Shown one piece after another: positions 31,252 to 40,043 of a stretch of DNA of 64,000 nucleotides; position 1 is the first letter of the stretch, and each line of letters begins with the position of its first letter. The translations under genes were made by a program, and so were the position numbers. Source of the DNA: Pseudomonadota bacterium (GTDB taxonomy: Bacteria; UBA10199; 2-02-FULL-44-16; DYJF01); the NCBI GenBank assembly GCA_043823065.1, contig JBDRBB010000009.1:1-64000 (forward strand), in the 5' to 3' direction. The notes under the pieces were generated by a model that searched no databases, was not told the origin of the DNA, and worked only from the letters and a program-made list of their open reading frames with translations.

Positions 31252-31266
31252 GCCCACCCCCTAGGT

Positions 31267-32544
31267 TTAAGCTTTTGGCATATTAAGTAAAAAAGTTGTT
31301 ATGCTTGTTTGTTGGCGAAACTTTTTCAGGCGCGGCCAAAGCAATAATAAATGTTTAATTAAGGCTTTAGCTATAACAGTTTTATTTTTCAAAATATTGG
31401 TTTGCCCACCGTAACTATAGCCCATCAAATTTCTCAAGCTTTGATCATTATATAAGGAGCACAAAAAAGGTTCAAACATGAATCCCCAAATATATTTTGA
31501 TAAAAAATTGTAAGTCTTGAGTTCTTGTCCAACCCTGCTGGATAGAATTTTTTGTTTATAATCAGCAAAGGTAAAATCATTTTTTGAAAAAGCTTGGGTG
31601 ATGCTTTCAGCAGCAATGCACCCTAAAGCTAGGGCTTGAGAAATCCCTTCTGAAAATAAAGGATCAGTGCCGATTGCATCTCCAGTCAAAAGGCGACGCG
31701 GTTGAGCAAAAATATCTTTAGGATCAAATTGACGCAAAGGATGGCATTTAATATTTTCAGGTTGAAATAAAACATTGCGTTCGCGCAAAATCTGGCAAAG
31801 CAAGTTTTTGCCATTTATACGAGTTCCGCACTTTAAATTGCTATCTACCAAGCCTTGGTTAATATGCGGAGCATTGTTAATATAACTGGGAAATTCCCAA
31901 TAATAACCTTTAATACCGCATCGCACATAAGAAAAATCTACATGCAGTACTTGGTCTTGAAAAACCGGATGTTTGGCAGGATCAACAGGTGTTTCTATCA
32001 ACCATAAACGACTAATTCTTCCTTTGGGATTAAAGCCAGGTGTCTTCCTTAAAATAGCGCTTACGCCATCCGCGCTAACTACAACTTTGGCTTTTAAATC
32101 ACCTCTGTTAGTGCGAACAGCTACAAAATCTCTATGGGTTGTTATGTCAATAACTTTTGTTTGTTCAGCAACCTTAAAATCGCGGTTTTTTACCTGTTTA
32201 ATCAGAAAATTATCAAATTCATCCCGCCTAATAACTTTTTTAGCCACCCCATCTTCCGGTAGATTGATATTAGCTTGGCCGTAGACAAATCTGGAATTTC
32301 TTATAAAGGCATGGGAAACATCGAGATTAACTCCCAGTTGGGCCAAAATGGTTTCAGCATGCAGTGTTAGTGCTCCTCCACAAACCTTTTCCCTTGGGTG
32401 GCAACTTTTCTCTAAAATAATGGAATGTTTGGCAAGTTCTGGGTTTAATTGATGTAGTTTAAGGGCAACAGCACACCCTGCAGGGCCACCCCCGATTATA
32501 ATGACCTCAAAAAAATCACCAAATTTGGTGATGGATTTCAGCAT
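31267..32544 (-). CDS. FAD-dependent oxidoreductase, geranylgeranyl reductase-like
   Basis: IIIGGGPAG, REKVCGG, RRDEFD, SADG, GYYWEFP, GDA....PLFSEGISQAL. Confidence 0.8.
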   Translation of the reverse strand: MLKSITKFGDFFEVIIIGGGPAGCAVALKLHQLNPELAKHSIILEKSCHPREKVCGGALTLHAETILAQLGVNLDVSHAFIRNSRFVYGQANINLPEDGVAKKVIRRDEFDNFLIKQVKNRDFKVAEQTKVIDITTHRDFVAVRTNRGDLKAKVVVSADGVSAILRKTPGFNPKGRISRLWLIETPVDPAKHPVFQDQVLHVDFSYVRCGIKGYYWEFPSYINNAPHINQGLVDSNLKCGTRINGKNLLCQILRERNVLFQPENIKCHPLRQFDPKDIFAQPRRLLTGDAIGTDPLFSEGISQALALGCIAAESITQAFSKNDFTFADYKQKILSSRVGQELKTYNFLSKYIWGFMFEPFLCSLYNDQSLRNLMGYSYGGQTNILKNKTVIAKALIKHLLLLWPRLKKFRQQTSITTFLLNMPKA

Positions 32545-32688
32545 TTGATTTGCCCCCAAAAAATGTAACGACCCATAGTCGGTAACTATTTGATAATTGT
32601 CAATTATTTTTAATTAGCAATGTTTTTTGCTTAAGGTTGCTTTGCAAGAAAAAATCTTATATGTTCAAAAAATAATGGGGGAAAGATA

Positions 32689-34044
32689 ATGAATATCTTA
32701 TTTGTTTATCCATCTAGTTTAGATTCTAATGGAAAAGTAATTAAATATAAAAGAGCTTTTGTCCCCCCATTGTCTTTAGCTATCTTAGATAGTTTAACTC
32801 CCAATAAACATAAGGTAAGAGTAGTAAATGATCTAGTGGAAGATATTAATTATGATGCAGGCTACGATTTAGTAGCAATTACCTCCATGACTTCCCAAAT
32901 TGAGCGAGCTTATAAAATTGCCGATCAATTTAGGTTGCGAAAAGTAAAAGTTGTAATTGGAGGTATACATGCCACAGCCTTGCCACAAGAAGCCAAGCAA
33001 CATGCAGACAGCGTAGTGATTGGAGAGGCTGATAATTTATGGCGGAAAATTCTTTTAGATGCTGAAAAAAATAGGCTTCAAGATTTCTATCAAGATAGCT
33101 GTTTGCCGGACTTGAAAGAATTGATAATCCCAAAATGGGATAATATGAACATGCGTATCTATCCCAAACGTCTAGGCGCCAAATATCCTTTACTACCCAT
33201 TTTTACTACTCGCGGTTGCCCTTTTGGGTGCAAGTTTTGCTCTGTAACCAAATTTTTTGGCAAATCTTATCGCATTAAGCCTATTGAAAATGTTTTAGCT
33301 GAAATTGATAGTATAGGTGCTAAAGAATATATTTTTGCTGACGATAATATAGCATGTAACCCTGATTATAGTCGTGAGCTTTTTAAATCCATTACCAAAA
33401 GAAATATTCATTGGTTATCGCAAATTAGTACTCGAGTATTGAAAACTCCAGATGTAATAGATTTGGCTGCTAAATCTGGGTGTAATTTTTTAGTGGTCGG
33501 GGTTGAATCTATTAATCAGGCTAGTTTGGAAACCGTGAATAAGGGATTTAATAAAATAGAGGCTTACGTAGAATTAATTTCTAGAATGCATAATGCTGGG
33601 ATTAATCCGATACTTAGTTTTATTTTTGGTTGTGATGAAGATACCCCAGATTTATTTGAAAAAACTTTACAATTTTTAAAGAAAAATAAAGTTGGCTATG
33701 CCACGTTCTGGTTTTTAACTCCTTTACCTGGCACAGAACTTTATCAGGAATTGGACCAAGCAGGGCGTTTAGATAAAGGTGATAGCTGGTCAATGTATGA
33801 TTTAACCAATGTTTTATTTACACCTAAAAATTTTAGTAAGGAACAGCTATACCACCTTTATTGGCAAACCTTTCGCCAATTTTATTCGTTAGGAAACACC
33901 ATAAAGAGTGTTTGGCGCAGCGCTAAAATTTCAGATAAACCAGTGCAGCAATTTTTTGAAAGTCTGTTTTTGCAATCTTTTTGGAGAAAAAAAGTTTTTT
34001 CTAATGAGCATCCTTATTCAGGGGGATTAGGGAAAATAAAATAA
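32689..34044 (+). CDS. Cobalamin-binding radical SAM protein (class B methyltransferase-like)
   Basis: PPLSLA, GGIHAT..P, VIGEA, TRGCPFGCKFC, DDN, GVES, LTPLPGT. Confidence 0.85.
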   Translation: MNILFVYPSSLDSNGKVIKYKRAFVPPLSLAILDSLTPNKHKVRVVNDLVEDINYDAGYDLVAITSMTSQIERAYKIADQFRLRKVKVVIGGIHATALPQEAKQHADSVVIGEADNLWRKILLDAEKNRLQDFYQDSCLPDLKELIIPKWDNMNMRIYPKRLGAKYPLLPIFTTRGCPFGCKFCSVTKFFGKSYRIKPIENVLAEIDSIGAKEYIFADDNIACNPDYSRELFKSITKRNIHWLSQISTRVLKTPDVIDLAAKSGCNFLVVGVESINQASLETVNKGFNKIEAYVELISRMHNAGINPILSFIFGCDEDTPDLFEKTLQFLKKNKVGYATFWFLTPLPGTELYQELDQAGRLDKGDSWSMYDLTNVLFTPKNFSKEQLYHLYWQTFRQFYSLGNTIKSVWRSAKISDKPVQQFFESLFLQSFWRKKVFSNEHPYSGGLGKIK

Positions 34045-34132
34045 TTTTTTGCTGTGGATTGCCAATCAAAATAAAAAATGTTATACAAAAAACTGAGTAA
34101 TCTCACAAAGCACAAACAAAAGGGGGATAGAT

Positions 34133-35350
34133 ATGACTAAACTCTGGGCGCGCAAGACTCTTATTGCAGGCTTGTTTTTATCTATAGTATTGCTTTTTTC
34201 CAGTTCAGCTCAAGCCATGAACGGTGTTCGTTTAATTGGTGTTGGTGCGCTTCATCGCGCTTTGGGTGGAGCTGGCGTGGCTAAGCCCTTGGATACCACC
34301 GCGATTCTTTTAAATCCAGCAGGCATGAATGGCGTGGGCCAAAGATTTGATATGGGAATCATGGTTGGCTTTCCTTCAGTTTCTATGAATTCCACAACTA
34401 TGGGTGGAAATAATACCACCAGTAAAGATGAGGGCGCTATATTGCCCAATGTGAGCGTGGTATTTCCCTTTTTAGATGACCGCTTAGCTTTTGGTCTTGG
34501 TAGTTTTGTCAACTGTGCCTTTGGTGTTGATTACCGGGCTTCTCGTTTACCAACAGCGCTTACCAACAATCTTTATGATACAGTAAGCAGATATGGTTTA
34601 ATAAAATTTATCCCAGCTTTATCTTATCGGATTATTGATAATCTTTATGTAGGGGCAGGGCTGCATATTAATTATGCTTTTATTCACAGCAACAGCGCTA
34701 CTGCAGCTGCAGGTTTTCCAGAAACTTCTGGCGGCGGCAGGTTTGATCCAGCTCTGGGTATTGGTGGCAATCTTGGTTTAATCTATCAGCCGCTTGATTG
34801 GCTGTCTTTGGGAGTAACCTATACCACGCGTCAATATTTTGAAGTTTTTGATCGTTATAAGGATGTTTTATTGGGCAGTATGGATATGCCTCAAGAGGTT
34901 GCTGCTGGCGTAACTGTTACTCCGTTTGAAGGCGGATTGGTTTTAGCAGATTTTCGCTGGATCAACTGGAGCGGGGTTGGTACTTTGGGCAACTCACCAG
35001 TTAATGGTGGTTTTGGCTGGCGAGATCAATATGTTGGCATGCTGGGTTTGCAATATGATTTTGATCCCAAGTTTACTGTGCCTTTAACTGTGCGGGTTGG
35101 CTATAATTATGGACGTACCATGATTCCTAACCAATTTGTTTATCAAAATATGTTAATACCAGCAATTACCGAGCATCATATTACTGCTGGTGTGGGTTAT
35201 GATCTTACGGAAAAGATTGGATTAAATGTTTCTTATAGTCATTTCCTGGAAAATACCCAGACTGATGATGGCACGGTTAATGCCCCTGGTGGTGCTAGCA
35301 TGAAGATGAGCGCCAATTCTTTTGCCTTGCAGCTTAATGTGGATTTTTAG
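34133..35350 (+). CDS. FadL/TodX-family outer-membrane channel for hydrophobic compounds
   Basis: Signal peptide, ALGGAGVA..NPAGM hatch motif, alternating beta strands, C-terminal Phe. Confidence 0.8.
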   Translation: MTKLWARKTLIAGLFLSIVLLFSSSAQAMNGVRLIGVGALHRALGGAGVAKPLDTTAILLNPAGMNGVGQRFDMGIMVGFPSVSMNSTTMGGNNTTSKDEGAILPNVSVVFPFLDDRLAFGLGSFVNCAFGVDYRASRLPTALTNNLYDTVSRYGLIKFIPALSYRIIDNLYVGAGLHINYAFIHSNSATAAAGFPETSGGGRFDPALGIGGNLGLIYQPLDWLSLGVTYTTRQYFEVFDRYKDVLLGSMDMPQEVAAGVTVTPFEGGLVLADFRWINWSGVGTLGNSPVNGGFGWRDQYVGMLGLQYDFDPKFTVPLTVRVGYNYGRTMIPNQFVYQNMLIPAITEHHITAGVGYDLTEKIGLNVSYSHFLENTQTDDGTVNAPGGASMKMSANSFALQLNVDF

Positions 35351-35451
35351 ATAAATCGTAAAAATTTTGTCGAAATTAGTGTACAAAAAATTTTGTTCAG
35401 GTATATAAAATTGCCCCAGAAGCGGCAACGCCAAACAAAGGGGGTAATTTT

Positions 35452-37377
35452 ATGGGACAAAATATCGTCCAGAAGGTTTTAAGCTCTCACCTGAAAGAAG
35501 GCCAATTAAATCCAGGCCAAGAAATCGGTATTAAAATTGATCAAACCTTAACCCAAGATGCTACTGGCACCATGGCGTATCTGCAGTTTGAATCCTTAAA
35601 AGCAGATAGGGTAAAAACAGATTTGTCTGTTTCCTATGTTGATCACAACACAGTGCAGGTTGGTTTTGAAAATGCAGATGACCATGCCTATTTGCAAAGC
35701 ATTGCTGCTCGCTATGGTATAATTTTTTCCAGGCCAGGAAATGGCATTTGTCATCAGGTGCATTTAGAACGCTTTGGCAAACCTGGCACAACTTTGCTGG
35801 GCAGTGATTCGCACACGCCCACTGGAGGCGGAGTGGGGCAAATTGCTATTGGGGCGGGCGGTTTGGATGTGGCCGTGGCAATGGGGGGCGGCCTTTTTTA
35901 TTTGTCAGCGCCAAAAGTGTATAAAGTAAATTTAATTGGGGCGTTAAAGCCTTGGGTTACAGCCAAAGACGTGATTTTGAAAATGCTGGAAATGCTCTCC
36001 ACTAAAGGCAATGTGGGTGTGATGCTAGAATATGCTGGCCCTGGTGTGAAAACCTTAACTGTTCCAGAGCGGGCCACTATTACCAACATGGGTGCTGAGA
36101 TGGGAGTAACTGCTTCTATCTTTCCTGCAGATGAAGAAACCAAGAAATTTTTAATTGCCCAAGGTAGGGCAGATGATTGGCTAGAACTTAAAGCTGATGA
36201 AGATGCCCAATATGAAAAAGTAATTGAACTGGATCTTTCCACGATTGAGCCATTAGCAGCAGCTCCGCATAGCCCTGGTAATATAGTTAAGATAACAGAG
36301 TTATCTGGTAAAAAAGTTGACCAAGTGTGCGTTGGTTCTTGCACCAATTCTTCTTATCAGGATTTGGTAACTGTGGCCATGATCTTAAAGGGTAAAACCG
36401 TGCATCCAGATGTTAGCCTGGCTATTGCCCCTGGCTCGCGCCAGGTTTTATCCATGCTAGCCAAGGAAGGTCATTTGGCAGATTTAATAAGCGCTGGTGC
36501 GCGTATTATGGAAAGCACTTGCGGTTTTTGTATTGGCAATTCTTTGTCGCCTAAATCTGGTGCTGTATCTATTAGAACTGTAAATCGTAATTTTGAAGGC
36601 AGAAGCGGCACCAAAGATGCAAATGTTTACTTAACCAGTTGTGAAGTTGCTGCAGCATCAGCTTTAAGCGGTGAATTTACAGATCCGCGTACCTTGGGTG
36701 ACTATCCTAAAATTGCTATGCCAGAAAGATATAATATTGATGACTCTATGTTTATCTTTCCCACTGCTGAAATGAAAAACACGGAGATCAAGCGTGGCCC
36801 AAATATTGGTGCTCCACCTAGCAATCAAGAACTTCCGGAAAAATTGGTTGGCGAAGTAATGATTAAAGTTGGCGATAAAATCACAACAGATCATATTATG
36901 CCAGCAGGTCCTAGGCTGAAATTTCGCTCCAATGTTCCCAAGTATGCCAATTATGTCTTTGAACACATTGATGCTACATTTGCAGAAAGATGTTTGGCTA
37001 ACAAAGAAAAAGGCAAACATAATTTTATAGTCGCAGGAGAATCCTATGGCCAAGGCTCCAGTCGCGAACATGCAGCGCTTTGCCCCATGTATTTAGGAGT
37101 CAAAGCAGTGCTGGCCAAGTCATTTGAACGCATCCACACTGATAACTTAGTCAATTTTGGCATTATCCCTCTAATCTTTACCAATGCTCAAGATTATGAA
37201 GCCATAAATAATGGCGACAAGATTGAAATTGCCAATATTAGAATGGCTATAGAAAGCAGCAAACCAATCAAGGTCACTGTTGGAAACAAAACTATTGAAT
37301 GCCAAACCAGTTTGTCTGAAAGGCAGAAGAAGATGATATTGGCTGGGGGGTTGTTGAATTATACAACTACAATTTAA
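35452..37377 (+). CDS. Aconitate hydratase (short ~640 aa type)
   Basis: QDATGT, GNGICHQ, DSHT, GSCTN, CGFCIG, NRNFEGR, TTDHI, GSSREHA. Confidence 0.9.
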   Translation: MGQNIVQKVLSSHLKEGQLNPGQEIGIKIDQTLTQDATGTMAYLQFESLKADRVKTDLSVSYVDHNTVQVGFENADDHAYLQSIAARYGIIFSRPGNGICHQVHLERFGKPGTTLLGSDSHTPTGGGVGQIAIGAGGLDVAVAMGGGLFYLSAPKVYKVNLIGALKPWVTAKDVILKMLEMLSTKGNVGVMLEYAGPGVKTLTVPERATITNMGAEMGVTASIFPADEETKKFLIAQGRADDWLELKADEDAQYEKVIELDLSTIEPLAAAPHSPGNIVKITELSGKKVDQVCVGSCTNSSYQDLVTVAMILKGKTVHPDVSLAIAPGSRQVLSMLAKEGHLADLISAGARIMESTCGFCIGNSLSPKSGAVSIRTVNRNFEGRSGTKDANVYLTSCEVAAASALSGEFTDPRTLGDYPKIAMPERYNIDDSMFIFPTAEMKNTEIKRGPNIGAPPSNQELPEKLVGEVMIKVGDKITTDHIMPAGPRLKFRSNVPKYANYVFEHIDATFAERCLANKEKGKHNFIVAGESYGQGSSREHAALCPMYLGVKAVLAKSFERIHTDNLVNFGIIPLIFTNAQDYEAINNGDKIEIANIRMAIESSKPIKVTVGNKTIECQTSLSERQKKMILAGGLLNYTTTI

Positions 37378-37382
37378 CCTAT

Positions 37383-37466
37383 TCCCTCTCCCTTGAGGGG
37401 AGAGGGTCAGGGTGAGGGTGCCCCTTTATCACCCTCCCCTTAATCCCCTCCCATCAAGGGAGGGGA
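37383..37466. repeat. GC-rich REP-like inverted pair (CCCTCTCCC..GGGAGAGGG family)
   Basis: Two inverted hairpin units; right unit nearly identical to that at 39984-40022. Confidence 0.8.
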
Positions 37467-37483
37467 AAATAACGGAGAAACAT

Positions 37484-38692
37484 ATGTCCAAAATAAAAGT
37501 AGCTAGGCCTATTGTCGAAATTGATGGTGATGAAATGACGCGAATCATCTGGCAGATGATCAAAGAAAAACTGATTTTTCCATATCTGCAAGTAGATCTT
37601 AAATATTTTGATCTGGCAGTTACCAAAAGAGATGAAACAGATGATCAGATCACCATTGATGCAGCAGAGGCTATTAGTGAATATGGTGTAGGTGTAAAAT
37701 GCGCCACCATCACTCCAGATGCTGAGCGGGTCAAAGAATATAAATTGAAAAAAGCCTGGAAATCTCCTAATGGCACTATCCGCGGTATTTTAGATGGAAC
37801 GGTTTTTCGCAAGCCGATCATGACCAAAAATATTTTACCTGCTGTGCGTTCTTGGAAAAAACCCATCATTATTGGCCGTCATGCCTATGGCGATCTTTAT
37901 AAGAGCCAAGAATATTTGGTGCCAGGACCAGGCACAGCAGAAATGATTTTTACCCCAGCTGATGGTTCAGAACAAGTCAGACTTCCTATTCATGAATTTA
38001 AGGGTAAGGGCATTATTATGGGTATCCATAATACAGATAAATCTATCCGCTCTTTTGCCAAGGCTTGTGTGAACTATGCCTTGTCCGATGGCGTAAATCT
38101 TTGGTTTGGCGCCAAAGATACTATTAGCAAAACCTATCATGCCCATTTCAAAGATGTATTTAATGCTGAGGTGGAAGCTAATAAAGCCAAATTTGACAAG
38201 GCTGGAATTACTTATCGTTATTTATTGATTGATGATGCAGTTGCTCAAATCATGAAACATGAAGGTGGAATTTTGTGGGCCTGCAAAAACTATGATGGTG
38301 ATGTATTTTCAGATATGGTGGCTGCAGGTTTTGGAAGCCTGGGTATGATGACTTCTGTGCTGGTCTCTCCAGACGGCAAATTTGAATATGAGGCAGCGCA
38401 CGGCACAGTAAAAAGACATTATGCTGAACATAAAAAAGGAAACCCAACTAGCACTAATTCCGTAGCTTCTATCTTTGCTTGGACAGGTGGCTTAAAGAAA
38501 CGCGGTGAACTGGATAACACGCCAGAGGTAGTTAATTTTGCCACCAAACTTGAAAACAGTGTAATTAGCTGTATTGAATCTGGAATTATGACCAAAGATT
38601 TAACGCACTTGGTAACTCCAGCTCTTGATAAATATGAAACCACTGAAGGGTTTATTGATAAAGTAGCTAAGAAGTTGGAAAAATCTTTGTAG
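37484..38692 (+). CDS. icd: NADP-dependent isocitrate dehydrogenase (eukaryote-like type II)
   Basis: [47 protein letters not shown]; start at ATG 37484 after the REP. Confidence 0.92.
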   Translation: MSKIKVARPIVEIDGDEMTRIIWQMIKEKLIFPYLQVDLKYFDLAVTKRDETDDQITIDAAEAISEYGVGVKCATITPDAERVKEYKLKKAWKSPNGTIRGILDGTVFRKPIMTKNILPAVRSWKKPIIIGRHAYGDLYKSQEYLVPGPGTAEMIFTPADGSEQVRLPIHEFKGKGIIMGIHNTDKSIRSFAKACVNYALSDGVNLWFGAKDTISKTYHAHFKDVFNAEVEANKAKFDKAGITYRYLLIDDAVAQIMKHEGGILWACKNYDGDVFSDMVAAGFGSLGMMTSVLVSPDGKFEYEAAHGTVKRHYAEHKKGNPTSTNSVASIFAWTGGLKKRGELDNTPEVVNFATKLENSVISCIESGIMTKDLTHLVTPALDKYETTEGFIDKVAKKLEKSL

Positions 38693-38700
38693 GAGGAGCA

Positions 38701-39942
38701 ATGGCTCAAAAAGGTATTCGTGAATATGACGCCAAAAGGATGCTGGCCAAGGCTTTAGGCTTAGAGGCAAAAGTGGCGCTGGTTGGTCCAGATACAGATC
38801 TAAAAACAATTACCAAAAAGCATGCCTGGTTATTAAAAGAAAAATTAGTGGTTAAGCCAGATCAGCTTTTTGGCAAAAGAGGAAAACACGGCCTGCTCTT
38901 GCTAGATGCAGATTGGACCAAAGCCAGCAAGTGGATTAAAGAGCATCAAAATAAAGAAACTAAAGTGGGCCAAACCACAGGCCAACTCACCCATTTCTTG
39001 ATTGAACCATTTACTCCACATAAGGAAGATGAAGAATGGTATGTGGCTATTCGTTCTGAAAGAGAAAACGACCTAATCTATTTTTCCACCAAAGGTGGAA
39101 TTTTTGTGGAAGAAAATTGGGATAAAGTTGCGGAAATAAAAGTGCCGATTTTAGGTGACGTAGAAAAAGCTGATTTTTCCAAATTAGCATCAATGATGGG
39201 CAAGAGGGGCGACCAGGTCCTGCCTTTTATCAAATCTTTATATAATTTTTATGCAGAAAATGGTTTTGCCTATTTAGAAATCAACCCCTTTACTTTTGAT
39301 AAAGTTGGTAAAATTATCCCGCTGGATATGGTGGCTAAAGTAGATGATACAGCCAGCTTTGATTGCCGCAACACTTGGGGTAATTTGGAATTTCCCAAAC
39401 CATTTGGCACCACTTCCACTAAAGAAGAAGAATTTGTAAGTTATCTTGATGAGCAAAGCGGCGCTTCGCTTAAGCTTACTATCTTAAATCCAGAAGGTAG
39501 AGTTTGGACCATGGTTGCTGGTGGTGGTGCTTCAGTTATTTATGCAGACACTGTTTGCGATTTAGGTTTTGCCAAAGAGTTGGCCAATTACGGCGAATAT
39601 TCTGGTGATCCTTCGCGCGAACTTACCTATCAATATGCTAAAACAGTTTTGGATTTAATGACCCGAAAAAGAGATCCCAAAGGAAAATTTTTAATTATCG
39701 GCGGCGGTATTGCTAATTTTACAGATGTTGCGGCAACGTTTACCGGTATAATTCAGGCATTAACTGAATTTAGGGAAAAATTAATTAAAAATAAGGTAAA
39801 GATCTATGTGCGTCGAGGCGGGCCAAATTATCAAGAAGGTTTGGCTAAAATGCGCAAGCTTGGCCAAACTTTGGGCGTGCCTATTGAAGTTTACGGCCCA
39901 GAAACGCATATGACTAAGATTGTTTCGTTGGCATTAAAGTGA
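38701..39942 (+). CDS. aclB: ATP-citrate lyase, ATP-grasp/citrate-binding subunit
   Basis: IREYDAK, VVKPDQLFGKRGK, YLEINP, VAGGGASVIYAD, NYGEYSG, GGGIANFT, RRGGPNYQ. Confidence 0.9.
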   Translation: MAQKGIREYDAKRMLAKALGLEAKVALVGPDTDLKTITKKHAWLLKEKLVVKPDQLFGKRGKHGLLLLDADWTKASKWIKEHQNKETKVGQTTGQLTHFLIEPFTPHKEDEEWYVAIRSERENDLIYFSTKGGIFVEENWDKVAEIKVPILGDVEKADFSKLASMMGKRGDQVLPFIKSLYNFYAENGFAYLEINPFTFDKVGKIIPLDMVAKVDDTASFDCRNTWGNLEFPKPFGTTSTKEEEFVSYLDEQSGASLKLTILNPEGRVWTMVAGGGASVIYADTVCDLGFAKELANYGEYSGDPSRELTYQYAKTVLDLMTRKRDPKGKFLIIGGGIANFTDVAATFTGIIQALTEFREKLIKNKVKIYVRRGGPNYQEGLAKMRKLGQTLGVPIEVYGPETHMTKIVSLALK

Positions 39943-39946
39943 TTTT

Positions 39947-40022
39947 TCCTCCCCCTTGATGGGGGAGGATTAAGGTGGGGGTGATCACCCTCCCCTTTAT
40001 CCCCTCCCATCAAGGGAGGGGA
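39947..40022. repeat. GC-rich REP-like inverted pair, same family as 37383-37466
   Basis: TCCTCCCCCTTGATGGGGGAGGA..GGTGGGGGTGAT / ATCACCCTCCCC..CCCCTCCCATCAAGGGAGGGGA. Confidence 0.8.
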
Positions 40023-40043
40023 GGTATGGAAGGAGATTATTAT

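Noticed and set aside
37412..37483. N-terminal extensions of icd (and of aclA at 39975-40043)
   Set aside because: Extensions are REP sequence; downstream ATGs have good RBSs
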